Shown here piece after piece: positions 23,001 through 29,223 of a stretch of 64,000 nucleotides of DNA (position 1 is the first letter of the stretch; the number at the start of each line of letters is the position of its first letter). Below the pieces are notes generated by a model that searched no databases, was not told the origin of the DNA, and worked only from the letters and a program-made list of their open reading frames with translations. The DNA comes from a virus. Location: IMG/VR virus record IMGVR_UViG_3300002144_000477, positions 64,001 to 128,000 of that record; one strand, written 5' to 3'. A program made the position numbers and the translations under genes.

Positions 23001-24156
23001 TGACCCAGCTAGTAGCCCAGATTGGCGTTTAGTATGGAGCGAGCCATCTGAATGGGACGGGTCAACATCGTATGTTAAAGGGCAGTTAGTGTCATATGAT
23101 AACAAAGTGTGGCAAGCCAAAGCATCGTTTAATAACAAAGGTACTGTTGCTACTTTGATTGATTTAGTTATTAGCCCGAGTAACGTACTCAATGACATGT
23201 ATTTTGTTACTAGCGAACAAACATACTACTACTGGGACGGAGAAGCGAATTGGTTCGCAGCTACATCTATGCCCTGGGCAGAAAAGACTAGCTACCGTCG
23301 CGGCGACCACGCTGTATTCGGAACCGGATTATATAAAGCAATAGCTGGATTCCGATATATAGACGAAGTCAGTGATGCAAGTGGATTACCGGCAGACAAT
23401 GACGAGCATTTAAACACTGGCGATATTTACTATGTAACCGCAGACAGTTCGTATTTCCGCTATGTTAGCATTGATGATGGATGGACAGATATTGGCGCAG
23501 TTCTGTATTACCAAACATCGATTTGGCAACAGGTGCTAACTACTGTAGATGAAGTTTTTGGAAGTACAGTATTGAGCCAGACCGAACTGTGGTCTGCAAT
23601 TAACTACGAAAACACACCACGAGCGTTTACTAACCCATCTACTAGACAGTACTACAGAATCTCAGCTGAGAGTTCAACGGTGCTAACACAAGACTTGCTA
23701 TTGTCTGACACAGTTATGCATGTGTCAGATGCATCGGTACTACCGGCACCAGATGCTAGCAGGGCTAACCCTGGTATAGTCTACGTTAACGGAGAGATGA
23801 TAACATACTATGAGCGTGATATTGTTGCTAACACAATTTCTAGACTTTCACGCGGTACAATCGGAACAGGCGCTGCATTAGTTATACCGGCTGGGTCACG
23901 TGTAGATGATGTAAGTAAGTTACAAAAACTACCTCAGGGATCCGATAGTATCGATTGGTTAAATTCGCTAACTGAGTTTGGCTTTGTTGAAGTGGGCGAT
24001 TTTGACTATGAAGCACCTGGATACGGATTTGCTGCAAATGCAGCCTATCCAAACGGCGATGCACCGTTTGATTACTCAATTAGCATTTCAAGCGGTTTAG
24101 CCCCAGTGACTGACCAAGCTCGCTTTTTATCTAATAAGCCAGCATATAATCCGTGA
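11008..24156 (+). CDS. Giant (4382 aa) baseplate wedge/adhesin protein (gp7-position) with CBM5/12-like repeats and FG-GAP-like propeller repeats
   Basis: Uninterrupted 13.1-kb ORF after gp6. The N-terminus (NFLPEIFRTDTNAKFLNATLDQL) is gp7/tail-P2-I-like. It has repeated W/Y-x5-Y-xx-G-xx-V-x-Y-x4-Y-x-A units and FG...D....VGAPG...G.V blades. Confidence 0.65.
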   Translation: MAIIKTVNFLPEIFRTDTNAKFLNATLDQLINEPQFKRVDGYIGRKFSPTYKSTDNYVVEPSKPRQQYQLEPSIIVNNKDNDSIDFYSSYLDLLQQIQYYGGNITNQSRLFKNESYSFDGQFDYDKFINFKNYYWLENGPACVPVSSGNVPTHNDYDVTRNITLSGYNFSESGTESNPVLVMARGGTYTFNINEPGHQFWIQTEPGISGKRAQQQNISTREVFGVANNGTDAGTVTFKVPLVTAQNRYSSMPVVDQIDIASVDIHYSEIQGSALSAFLRKFTNGIDGAKTYADLHNRNMIFATTDDSLDESYWSNNEFFAMLRFGAAVKDQVVPAAQRRNIWRITLVPSTDVNPDSGLADDYIINLIPSTEVQFDNRVYVRNGIVAGTREYYLDFDNMFHPVPVITSNLDVIYYQDSVNPAYFGEIRIIDANNFSIDVTSSILNKVNYTSPNGVVFTNGLKVCFDEYVTPALYANNEYYVEGVGSSITLIPVSSLVAPEEYAINGLSTPDYLTVNRASIDLNGWTRSNRWFHVDIITETANYNKDSLIYTYTYDPDFNNEFVPYTDSAIVSTIRSLTAIESLKTEYQVGQIFYAYIEGLFFQLDAEMNLVPLANFRATNSSLPDQTLRATRPIIEFNAGTKLFNYGHSALDPVDYLDFTVTDAFSDIERSGSVYNTLAPYLNGDVVIVGDQVYGATKNVQSLPTDSTVWNQLFQLVPYDSSRPYLKDEKVSFNGSAYQALNYADVAPSEANEDELWFKLFDYVSYDPELADTYTINTVVDYAGIAYRALEDIQQNPATSGLWELLFNLIDGKTIIFANEDDPEIRKRVYTIRLVEIAGQDTIHLELASDRLVQPQDAVIVKSGQHQSENFWYNGTNWYQGQSKSGVNQAPKFDVVDENGISFGDRATYVDSTFNGTTIFEYAVGTGTRDTVLGFPLTYKNFNSVGDIEFLTRFNTDTFTFVNGIKVDTKQVRSGYLLQINQDLSLQHKNIWTKNVDDTKQFQLITHQYGTDGINYFEIDCLPDIVTTTPNLKVYVNNLYLKREDFRLEKVGTKTCMVINPDVLTPLAKVDILIYTSTAISSMGYYEIPLNLDFNSENLELASLTLGQVKDHFIQLEEHSNIIHESVGSFTRQRDIEYKSNTGTILQHAYPVLYSNLFLTNDTTSLIDSLDLASREYSKFKNKFLELASKIADASQASPAELVDAIITEINANKDASFPFYHSDMVPYGTNRAVYADTVINPNSKQFDLPAVFNDTELGNTAILVYINETQLIKDVDYYFPQDRTAVTLTDAVTLQVDDIIRVVEYYNTWGSYVPETPSKLGLYPKFQPMLFADATYVTTTNVIQGHDGSITPAFNDFRDMLLLELEKRIFNNIKVNYESNIFDLRETLPGFFRSTGYSDTEWKQILNRNFLKWAGFNQVDYSTHTGFTSANPWTWNYKNQINKLNGTKLPGSWRAIYLSLFDTCRPHTNPWEMLGFSSEPSWWADRYGAAPYTGGNVLLWEDLEKGYIHSGPTAGINSLYARPGLTSIIPVNDYGELKSPNEFVTAGLDTSILNSSYEVGTMGPAEYSWVCSSDYPFAIQRAIALAKPAFYFGSLLNIKRYRYSEKLDQLVNVETLRRISPTDVVIPNSVNADGTTNFVAGYLSWIVEFMKYRGVDAQTELRQLLDNCSVQLSYKAAGFTSKNYINVLAEQSSPTSTNDSIIIPDENYRIILNKSTPIKKVVYSGVIVERSDNGFTIGGYDLTNPYFTIIPSLANNNNHTVSLLNSRVVVYHDYQPRKIHVPYGHEFANIQQVTDFLISYGRFLVGQGFMFNTRDPQLNEDRNWELSVKEFLAWESQGWQAGSLLILSPAFDRINLVTPGATVDYVSNVSNGSKVLNQNFQTIKSTEFTINRQNNEFSIETLDGATICLFEGRLVQWEHVMVFDNTTVFNDVIYLPELGNRQFRLKLIGNKTAAWAGELNPAGFIYNSPDIDSWEPHTDYRKGKIIEYKTKYYVSLRKLIGTAEFELREWQQIDRYSIKTGLLPNLAFSAQQFEHIYDVENGPVDERLQEFSGTLIGLRKRKYLDDLNLDFTSQMKFYQGFIKEKGTKNAVTALTNANFNNISSEIEMYEEWAVRVGEYGALESDAQIEIVLDDTKFTNDPSAFNLLDGLELPTPGVVPVYKSDLYRTTSSVFKRDLFFARGDDSDYSKDIATAGFVNLADVNATVFDLTNYNALNTYLKQLADGWKIWVAKDFDLNWNVYRITNAEFSVVAINYEIDNVMSVEFSNPHNLDIGDIFCIKGFDSKFDGFYRVREGGIDTGMRVLVDLYQNADYLKEARTIADNGMVFHMDSLRVDDPMHIDLVAPKRGWKNGDKVWVDQINSQEQWGVYEKTNPWSVLQEVVSQPSDFIGEDGFGAKVKLNINSDLALVSAPAAGAGRVNVFVWLPEGNFVQTTKLQAPDIDPATVGFGDTLSISDYTAVIAAPANNKAFVYNFRVGTSGLPVQIISLPVGESIDSKYGQSVDISEDGQWIHVGAPGINKVYSYHKNDEADVITDSVTVTNYTAGQTYTLPFTPYSEDSIVVKYDETQILTPGVDYTFDELANEITVLGTVPLTISKITIQQGDHYTLVGALLVPGIESTAQFGAELITDVDGSELFVTAPMAEVSGIAGAGRVFSFDRRTEIIKSNANLTTYRHSEDIVAVSDIFIGDVRLVKGLEYSYNQATRDITINVNNLASVNFTSGLRIKVSSDEFDLTHEISQPESDIVPNGMFGYVIDTDEHAAAIFISAPGYRNSSYASGKVYRYIKPSRYYGTVTSKVANPVLTPGLNLYINGFQVIATGDSVNTLASDINSAQLPGISSFVDSSGYITIQSTSKVNRSKLFLSCAGNNLLSQMDIGNYVLAQEITVPGGANNDLFGISLRVTNDSNTLLIGNGNTTTRLDCIIDANTTLVDNGSTTFKDITFGSQVYTYELLENEQSNLSNPGKLIYVQKFDVISGRLFQQFGTAIDIRKGKVLIGDFGDDTITNNGGTAWLYTNQTGTNSWNLIRSQGETVDIDTVNRLTVYSKKSNTVLANLDYIDPAKGKILGIAEQDIDLKVAFDPAYYTHNPGANTINIDTISWGDEHVGTIWWDLSLVRYVDYEQGNLIYRLKNWGKLFPGSQVEICEWVESNVPPLQYTGSGEPKYSGNGSYVVKNTVDNATGILNQKYYFWVKNKTTSTIAGKAHSISVLADIIENPHLQGIPYATLLARNSLGLHSINQLLSGSDSVLQVRYDNLRNSNIIHSEYELLQERNPASTIPTKIISKLIDSLAGTDLSGRAVPDLRLLEQDRYGISIRPRQTMIKNRSEAIRNFVKAVNSVLINYPISQQRVLTGLLSADPIPKSTEYDFAVDMVDELAYINVDNIDPGYTVLVKSDSNNENLWSIWTLNDAKTFALSRIQTYKTSLYWDYVDWFASGYSAQTRPDYSVEYIKDVGRLSLVPAGSIIKVKYNQIGNFTLFKTKQYNNLLDLELIGLGNGTIQLSSRLYDNNNYTLGFGTDNFDNERFDINPSTELRKIFEALQNDIYIGELSAEFNKLFFNMIDYILYTQRDVDWIFKTSFVSVVHQLRELTQYPSFVKDNQDYYIDYINEVKPYRTKIREYLISYAGNDNYYGDVTDFDLPAYYESTINEFRSPSGEGINDDLLLSQVQYKSWVDNHELTLESIQVEQPGKGYTVPPIVIVYDHNGVETNVVAESRINPVTGQVTSIVIKSAGQNTYTATPYVVLNGNGTGATASATVRNLKIRSIATTIKFDRVAYRSNLVKWEATTSVVTGDLVYYNNVVYRAAADLTPSPIFDYRYFTKLTGNDAGTALDRIVAYYVSADGTPGEELLQNLVDGLVYPGVRVTGLRYEDESLESLLLDSYIQGTFLDTAIGTRPEDIDVDGGPYVDTNVSHGPQELIPGVTFDTLVMGVWTRVIDENNEVVSGPPIGYRVVHSLHSSSLVTPTEWISDFAYIPNSFVEFNGDFYMSTANIANHDVVVDPASSPDWRLVWSEPSEWDGSTSYVKGQLVSYDNKVWQAKASFNNKGTVATLIDLVISPSNVLNDMYFVTSEQTYYYWDGEANWFAATSMPWAEKTSYRRGDHAVFGTGLYKAIAGFRYIDEVSDASGLPADNDEHLNTGDIYYVTADSSYFRYVSIDDGWTDIGAVLYYQTSIWQQVLTTVDEVFGSTVLSQTELWSAINYENTPRAFTNPSTRQYYRISAESSTVLTQDLLLSDTVMHVSDASVLPAPDASRANPGIVYVNGEMITYYERDIVANTISRLSRGTIGTGAALVIPAGSRVDDVSKLQKLPQGSDSIDWLNSLTEFGFVEVGDFDYEAPGYGFAANAAYPNGDAPFDYSISISSGLAPVTDQARFLSNKPAYNP

Positions 24157-24162
24157 TAAATA
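24157..24162 (+). promoter_or_regulatory. T4-like late promoter motif (GATAAATA)
   Basis: TAAATA directly after the giant gene stop, 5 nt before the ATG at 24168. Confidence 0.55.
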
Positions 24163-24167
24163 ATGCT

Positions 24168-24851
24168 ATGAATAACGATAATGCTATGCAGGATAAACCA
24201 AACATGAACGAACAAATGCAAAAAAAGCCGGATGAAAACGGCGGGTTTCATATTCAAGGGCACATTAAAATTTTTAATCCCGAAACCCAGGAAGTGTATG
24301 TAAACAAACGAAATGCAATTCACTACGAAAATATAAGTGAGGCGCTAGCATACAACTTGGCAAACAAAGGTCAAGGTTACATTTATGAAATGCACTTTGG
24401 TAACGGCGGAACTACTGTTAATGCAACAGGGGTAATTACGTACAATCCTGCAAACACTAATGCGCAGAACAGTAGTTTATATAATCCAACATATAGCAAA
24501 GTCGTTGACAATACTGATGTAAACAACTTAGATGCAACTCGTAACAAAATGGAAATTCGGCACACACCCGGGCAGCCATATACTGATATACTAGTAACAT
24601 GCCTATTAGACTATGGCGAGCCTAGCGATCAAAGTGCATTTGACAATGTACAAGACTTAAACGGTGATTATGTGTTTGATGAATTAGGGTTGCGTGCTCG
24701 TAGTACTGACGGCACAACTGGGTTAGAATCAACGGGTAAACTGCTTACCCATGTAGTTTTTCACCCGGTGCAAAAAAGTTTAAACCGACTGATTCAAATT
24801 GATTATACTGTTCGTATTCAGACTCTAACAAACCTAAGTAGCATTTCATAA
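24168..24851 (+). CDS. Baseplate/fibre-attachment structural protein
   Basis: GHIKI...NAIH, MHFGNGG, FDELGL and LLTHVVFHPVQKSLNRLIQIDYTVRIQ motifs resemble tail-collar/baseplate proteins. Start moved from GTG 24153 to ATG 24168, downstream of the promoter motif. Confidence 0.55.
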   Translation: MNNDNAMQDKPNMNEQMQKKPDENGGFHIQGHIKIFNPETQEVYVNKRNAIHYENISEALAYNLANKGQGYIYEMHFGNGGTTVNATGVITYNPANTNAQNSSLYNPTYSKVVDNTDVNNLDATRNKMEIRHTPGQPYTDILVTCLLDYGEPSDQSAFDNVQDLNGDYVFDELGLRARSTDGTTGLESTGKLLTHVVFHPVQKSLNRLIQIDYTVRIQTLTNLSSIS

Positions 24852-24860
24852 GGATCGAAC

Positions 24861-26684
24861 ATGGCATACGTTATTAATAAAACAAACGGCGACATTTTAC
24901 TAAATTTGCCAGACGGGGCACTTGATAATAGCACCGGCTTATCGTTAGTAGGACGTAACTATGTTGGATACGGTGAATTGCAACAAGAGAACTTAGTTAA
25001 GTTACTCGAGAATTTTGCCAATGGTGTCCGACCTAGTACAGCGCTACCTGGACAGTTATGGTATGACACTACTGTCGGGCAGTTAAAGTACTATAACGGC
25101 AGTGTGTTTAAACCTATTAGCAACTTATCTATTAGCTCAGAGTTGTCTAAACCAACTAACGTAGTAGTTGGCGACCAATGGTTTAACACTGACCAAAACG
25201 AATTTTATATATGGAACGGAGACTCTTGGACACAAATTGGACCAACAGATTTATCTAAGTTATCAGAAATTAGAATTACTGGCACATTAGCGTCTGAATT
25301 TGACCTCCCTGCTGGCGTAGGTGTTGTAGCAGGAACATCGTATTTGATTGCAGGTGACTTATGGGTATGGGATACCGAGCGATGGTCTAACGTTGGTCAG
25401 GTAAGAGGCCCACGAGGTGACGCTGGTCCACAGGGCCCTACAGGTGAGCAAGGACCACGAGGCCCAGTTGGGTCTGAGGGTGCAATGGGCATTCAGGGCT
25501 TACGTGGCCCACAGGGTGTTCAAGGACCGCAAGGCATCACCGGACTCCAAGGACCGCAAGGCGTCAAAGGCGACGAGGGCACTGACGGTACATCGGTCAA
25601 TATTTTAGGAGCATTAGCTAGCTCTGCTGAATTACCTGTTACAGGAAACCCAGGCGATGCATATCTGATTTTAGGTAATTTATGGGTCTGGTCCGGGTCC
25701 GGTACATGGGAAGATGTAGGAAACATTAAAGGCCCGCAGGGAAATCCAGGCGCAACAGGACCTCAGGGTGCACAAGGTGTACAAGGTCCCAATGGCAATG
25801 CCGGACCGCAAGGGGTCCAGGGACCGCAAGGAACAATTGGACCGCAAGGTAATCAGGGACCTGCTGGTCCACAAGGGCCTGCAGGCCCTCAAGGTCCCAC
25901 GGGCGATACTGGATCGCAAGGTGCAACCGGAGCGCAAGGTTCAACAGGTCCAGCTGGTCCAGTAGGCCCGCAAGGAAATGTAGGACCAGCGGGTCCGGTT
26001 GGAACGACTGCATGGGCAGACCTGACTGGCATACCTAATTTTGCTGGTGTAGCAACAAGCGGTGATTATGGTGACTTAATAAATAGGCCAGGGCTGTCAG
26101 CAGTTGCAACAAGCGGCAGTTATACCGATCTAGCTGACAAACCAATATTAAATTTTATTCCAATAACTGGCTCTGCTAGTTTAACAGGAAGTTTAACTCC
26201 GGCTGTAACTGCTATTAGCGATATGGGTACATCTTCTAAAAGGTGGAACAATATATATGCAGAGACATTCAACGGAACTGCAACTAGAGCACAGTATGCC
26301 GACGTAGCAGAACGATTTGAAGCTGACGCAGTTTACAAACCTGGAACAGTAGTATCACTTGGCGGAACGAAAGAAATCACTGCATCATTAGGCGATGCTA
26401 GTGAAGATGTATTTGGTGTTATTAGCACAAGTCCAGCACACTTAATGAATGCTGAAGCAGGGTCCGATACTACTCACCCAGCTGTTGCTATCGGTGGGCG
26501 AGTACCAGTTAATGTAGTTGGGCCAGTTGCAAAAGGTCAGCGATTAGTTAGTGCTGGGAATGGGTTAGCAAGAGGTGCCGATCGTAACGAAATCACGAAC
26601 TTAAATGTAATAGGGCGTAGCTTAGAAACTAAAACAACAAGCGACATTGGAACCATTGAAGCTATTGTACGAATAAACACATAA
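24861..26684 (+). CDS. Tail fibre with collagen Gly-X-Y shafts and C-terminal intramolecular chaperone-like domain
   Basis: N-terminal anchor shared with 27672 and 29224 (GRNYxGYG...ENFA...GQLW), two collagen blocks, and a C-terminal [10 protein letters not shown]...GRVPV domain. Confidence 0.8.
   Translation: MAYVINKTNGDILLNLPDGALDNSTGLSLVGRNYVGYGELQQENLVKLLENFANGVRPSTALPGQLWYDTTVGQLKYYNGSVFKPISNLSISSELSKPTNVVVGDQWFNTDQNEFYIWNGDSWTQIGPTDLSKLSEIRITGTLASEFDLPAGVGVVAGTSYLIAGDLWVWDTERWSNVGQVRGPRGDAGPQGPTGEQGPRGPVGSEGAMGIQGLRGPQGVQGPQGITGLQGPQGVKGDEGTDGTSVNILGALASSAELPVTGNPGDAYLILGNLWVWSGSGTWEDVGNIKGPQGNPGATGPQGAQGVQGPNGNAGPQGVQGPQGTIGPQGNQGPAGPQGPAGPQGPTGDTGSQGATGAQGSTGPAGPVGPQGNVGPAGPVGTTAWADLTGIPNFAGVATSGDYGDLINRPGLSAVATSGSYTDLADKPILNFIPITGSASLTGSLTPAVTAISDMGTSSKRWNNIYAETFNGTATRAQYADVAERFEADAVYKPGTVVSLGGTKEITASLGDASEDVFGVISTSPAHLMNAEAGSDTTHPAVAIGGRVPVNVVGPVAKGQRLVSAGNGLARGADRNEITNLNVIGRSLETKTTSDIGTIEAIVRINT
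25407..26003 (+). repeat. Two collagen-like (Gly-X-Y)n coding blocks (~25407-25590 and ~25731-26003)
   Basis: GPQ/GAQ/GPA triplet repeats in the translation. Confidence 0.9.
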
Positions 26685-26692
26685 GGTATTGC

Positions 26693-27628
26693 ATGGCTAA
26701 CACAGTTACTAAATTGTTTCGTACTGCTGGAGTATTTCAGATTACTATCCCCAACGGAGTGAATGCTACAATTGACTACAAAATATGGGGAGCAGGTGGC
26801 GCAGCGGGAGGTGTTGACGGCAATGGCCCGCAAGGCAACGGAGCGTCGGGTGCATATACTGATGGGACATTATTAGCACGAAGTGGTGATGAACTGCTAA
26901 TAGCAGTTGGTGAAGCAGGCAAGCCTGGCACATCAGGGACAGGCTCCGGTGGTGGTGCAGGCGGTCGGAGTTTTTTTGGTCATGGAGGGGGCAGAGGCGG
27001 CAATGCAGGCGCTGCTGGCTGGTCCGGCGGCGGTGCAGGAGGCGGTGGCGCCTCGGTGATTGTAGTTAACCAAGGTATTGTTGCAATCGCTGGTGGTGGT
27101 GGCGGTGGTGGTGGTGGCAGCCATAATCGATCTGGCACCAATGGAAGAAATACACAAACAGCAACTACAGGATCGTACGGTAAACCTGGAATAAATATGG
27201 GCGGTGACGGCGCTGGCGGCGGTGGAGGTGGAGGCGGAGTACTAGGCGGCGTCGGCGGTGCATCAGGCCGAGATAATTCGGTAGGTGGGCAAGGTGGCGC
27301 CACTGGAACTGGCGGAACGCCCGGAACTAACGCTACACCGGTTAACACAGAATCCGTTGTTTGGGTCCCTCCTGCAGGATTAGGAGGCACAGGCGCGTCA
27401 GGTCAAGCTGGTAACGGATTAGTGCATTTAGAAATCACAATAACTGGATTTGGCAAAGTAAAAGTTAATAGTGACTGGCATGACGTTGATACCATTTATG
27501 TAAAAGAGCAAAATCTGTGGAAGCCAGTTAAAGACATGTATGTTAAAGAGAATGGGAAATGGGTTAATGTTGCAGTTGACCTTGGCAAACTAGCGGTGTT
27601 ACCAGCAAAGTCGTTTTTTGCTAATTAA
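26693..27628 (+). CDS. Glycine-rich fibre-tip/adhesin-like protein
   Basis: WGAGGA...AGGGGGGGG glycine-rich (polyglycine-II-type) domain; C-terminal YVK...W repeats; lies within the fibre cluster. Confidence 0.65.
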   Translation: MANTVTKLFRTAGVFQITIPNGVNATIDYKIWGAGGAAGGVDGNGPQGNGASGAYTDGTLLARSGDELLIAVGEAGKPGTSGTGSGGGAGGRSFFGHGGGRGGNAGAAGWSGGGAGGGGASVIVVNQGIVAIAGGGGGGGGGSHNRSGTNGRNTQTATTGSYGKPGINMGGDGAGGGGGGGGVLGGVGGASGRDNSVGGQGGATGTGGTPGTNATPVNTESVVWVPPAGLGGTGASGQAGNGLVHLEITITGFGKVKVNSDWHDVDTIYVKEQNLWKPVKDMYVKENGKWVNVAVDLGKLAVLPAKSFFAN

Positions 27629-27636
27629 GCACAGGA

Positions 27637-27642
27637 TAAATA
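27637..27642 (+). promoter_or_regulatory. T4-like late promoter motif (GATAAATA)
   Basis: Intergenic TAAATA upstream of GCAGGA RBS and ATG 27672. Confidence 0.6.
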
Positions 27643-27671
27643 CATTATTACTATTATAAAGCAGGATTACA

Positions 27672-29171
27672 ATGGACATTTACAAGAGTAACGGAGAACT
27701 TTTTACTTCTCTAGCCGACGGCACAACTAGCACAGTAAACGATGCGCCGGTTATTCTTGCTGGTCGCAACTTTGCAGGTTACGGCAAGATGCTAAACGAG
27801 AATCAACTACGCCTGGCAGAAAACTTTGCAAGTGATACACCGCCCCCAGGCAGCATAGTTGGTCAATTATGGTTTAACACACAAACTAATAGTTTGTCTG
27901 TGTATAGAAGTGACACAGTTGGGTACAAGGATTTATCAGTACAAACAATCACCAACCAAATGCCTACGCAAGCAGAAGTAGGAGATTTATGGTTTGACAC
28001 CATTGCTGACCAACTAAAAGTGTATGCTAGTAACACGTGGAAAGTAGTTGGTCCATTATACGATAAGAACTTAGGGCAATCGGGTATTGTCCCGGCCGTT
28101 GTTACTGATATTAATGCAATAGATCATGTGATCTCGCAGGTAATGCGAGCAGGTAATATAGTTGCAATTATTTCCGCCGCGGAATTTATCCCTAATAACT
28201 CAATCGCTGGATTTGATACTATCCGAGTTGGTATCAACGCAAGTAGTCTACTAGCAGGAACAGGATTTATGTTCCATGGCAAATCGGCAGACAGCTTGGC
28301 GTTAGGTAATACTCCTGCAAACATGTTTGTTCGCAAAGATCAAGATTCGGTTATTAACGCAGATGTGCATGTTAACGGTAAGTCAACTGTTAAGACGTAC
28401 TTAACACTAGATCTTCAGCCTACTACAAATAAAGCCCAGCTAGCCAACACATACGACAATGCGGACCTAGAGTTATTAGTAACTACTAACGGAGTAACTA
28501 GTCCAGCGATTACTATCGAAGGTGCTACTGCTGAAGCACAAGTAGCAAATGAGCCACAAACAGATCGCGGAATTAGCTCAAAACATTACGTTGACTCTGC
28601 AATACAAGCAATACAAGCGGCAGTAGACCAGCAAGTAGCGGGTATTACCGGCACGTTGCAACGTGACGTAGATTCGCTAACAGTGCGTATGTTGCAAGCT
28701 GAAGTAGAAGTTCGCACAAATGTTGGGCGTATGGATAATTTTGATACTGCATTACTAACAAAAGCAAACATTATTTCGCCAGAGTTTGTTGGTGTCCCTA
28801 CTGCACAAACGCCAGGGCTAGCATCAAACGATACTAGTTTAGCAACTACAGAATGGGTTAGAAGTACGAACGACACTTTACGTGAGGAAATAGCTAGTAC
28901 AACAACCATATCGATCGGAGCACTGAGTGCGGCACTAACCACTGAAGTAGCTAAGAAAGCACCGAGAAACAGTCCGGTGTTAACCGGCGAACCGAGGTCG
29001 ACTAACCCTGATCCGGTTGATAGTAGCACTAGAATTGCTACTACAGAATTTGTAAAACAAACGGTAAAGCAGAGTGCAAAATGGCAAGGCTCTAGCAGAG
29101 TAATATCATATGATGCACCTGCGCCAGCCGACGGAGTTGACGGGGATTTTTGGTTCGTTATCGGAACCTAA
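27672..29171 (+). CDS. Tail fibre protein (paralog 2)
   Basis: Shared N-terminal anchor domain, coiled segment, and phage-fibre repeats (SPEFVGVPTAQT...LATTEWV; SPVLTGEP...IATTEFV). Confidence 0.75.
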   Translation: MDIYKSNGELFTSLADGTTSTVNDAPVILAGRNFAGYGKMLNENQLRLAENFASDTPPPGSIVGQLWFNTQTNSLSVYRSDTVGYKDLSVQTITNQMPTQAEVGDLWFDTIADQLKVYASNTWKVVGPLYDKNLGQSGIVPAVVTDINAIDHVISQVMRAGNIVAIISAAEFIPNNSIAGFDTIRVGINASSLLAGTGFMFHGKSADSLALGNTPANMFVRKDQDSVINADVHVNGKSTVKTYLTLDLQPTTNKAQLANTYDNADLELLVTTNGVTSPAITIEGATAEAQVANEPQTDRGISSKHYVDSAIQAIQAAVDQQVAGITGTLQRDVDSLTVRMLQAEVEVRTNVGRMDNFDTALLTKANIISPEFVGVPTAQTPGLASNDTSLATTEWVRSTNDTLREEIASTTTISIGALSAALTTEVAKKAPRNSPVLTGEPRSTNPDPVDSSTRIATTEFVKQTVKQSAKWQGSSRVISYDAPAPADGVDGDFWFVIGT

Positions 29172-29184
29172 CTTTCAATTAAGA

Positions 29185-29190
29185 TAAATA
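29185..29190 (+). promoter_or_regulatory. T4-like late promoter motif (GATAAATA)
   Basis: Intergenic TAAATA upstream of fibre gene 29224. Confidence 0.6.
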
Positions 29191-29223
29191 AAAGCAATAA
29201 GTACTCGACGGAGACACAGGAAT

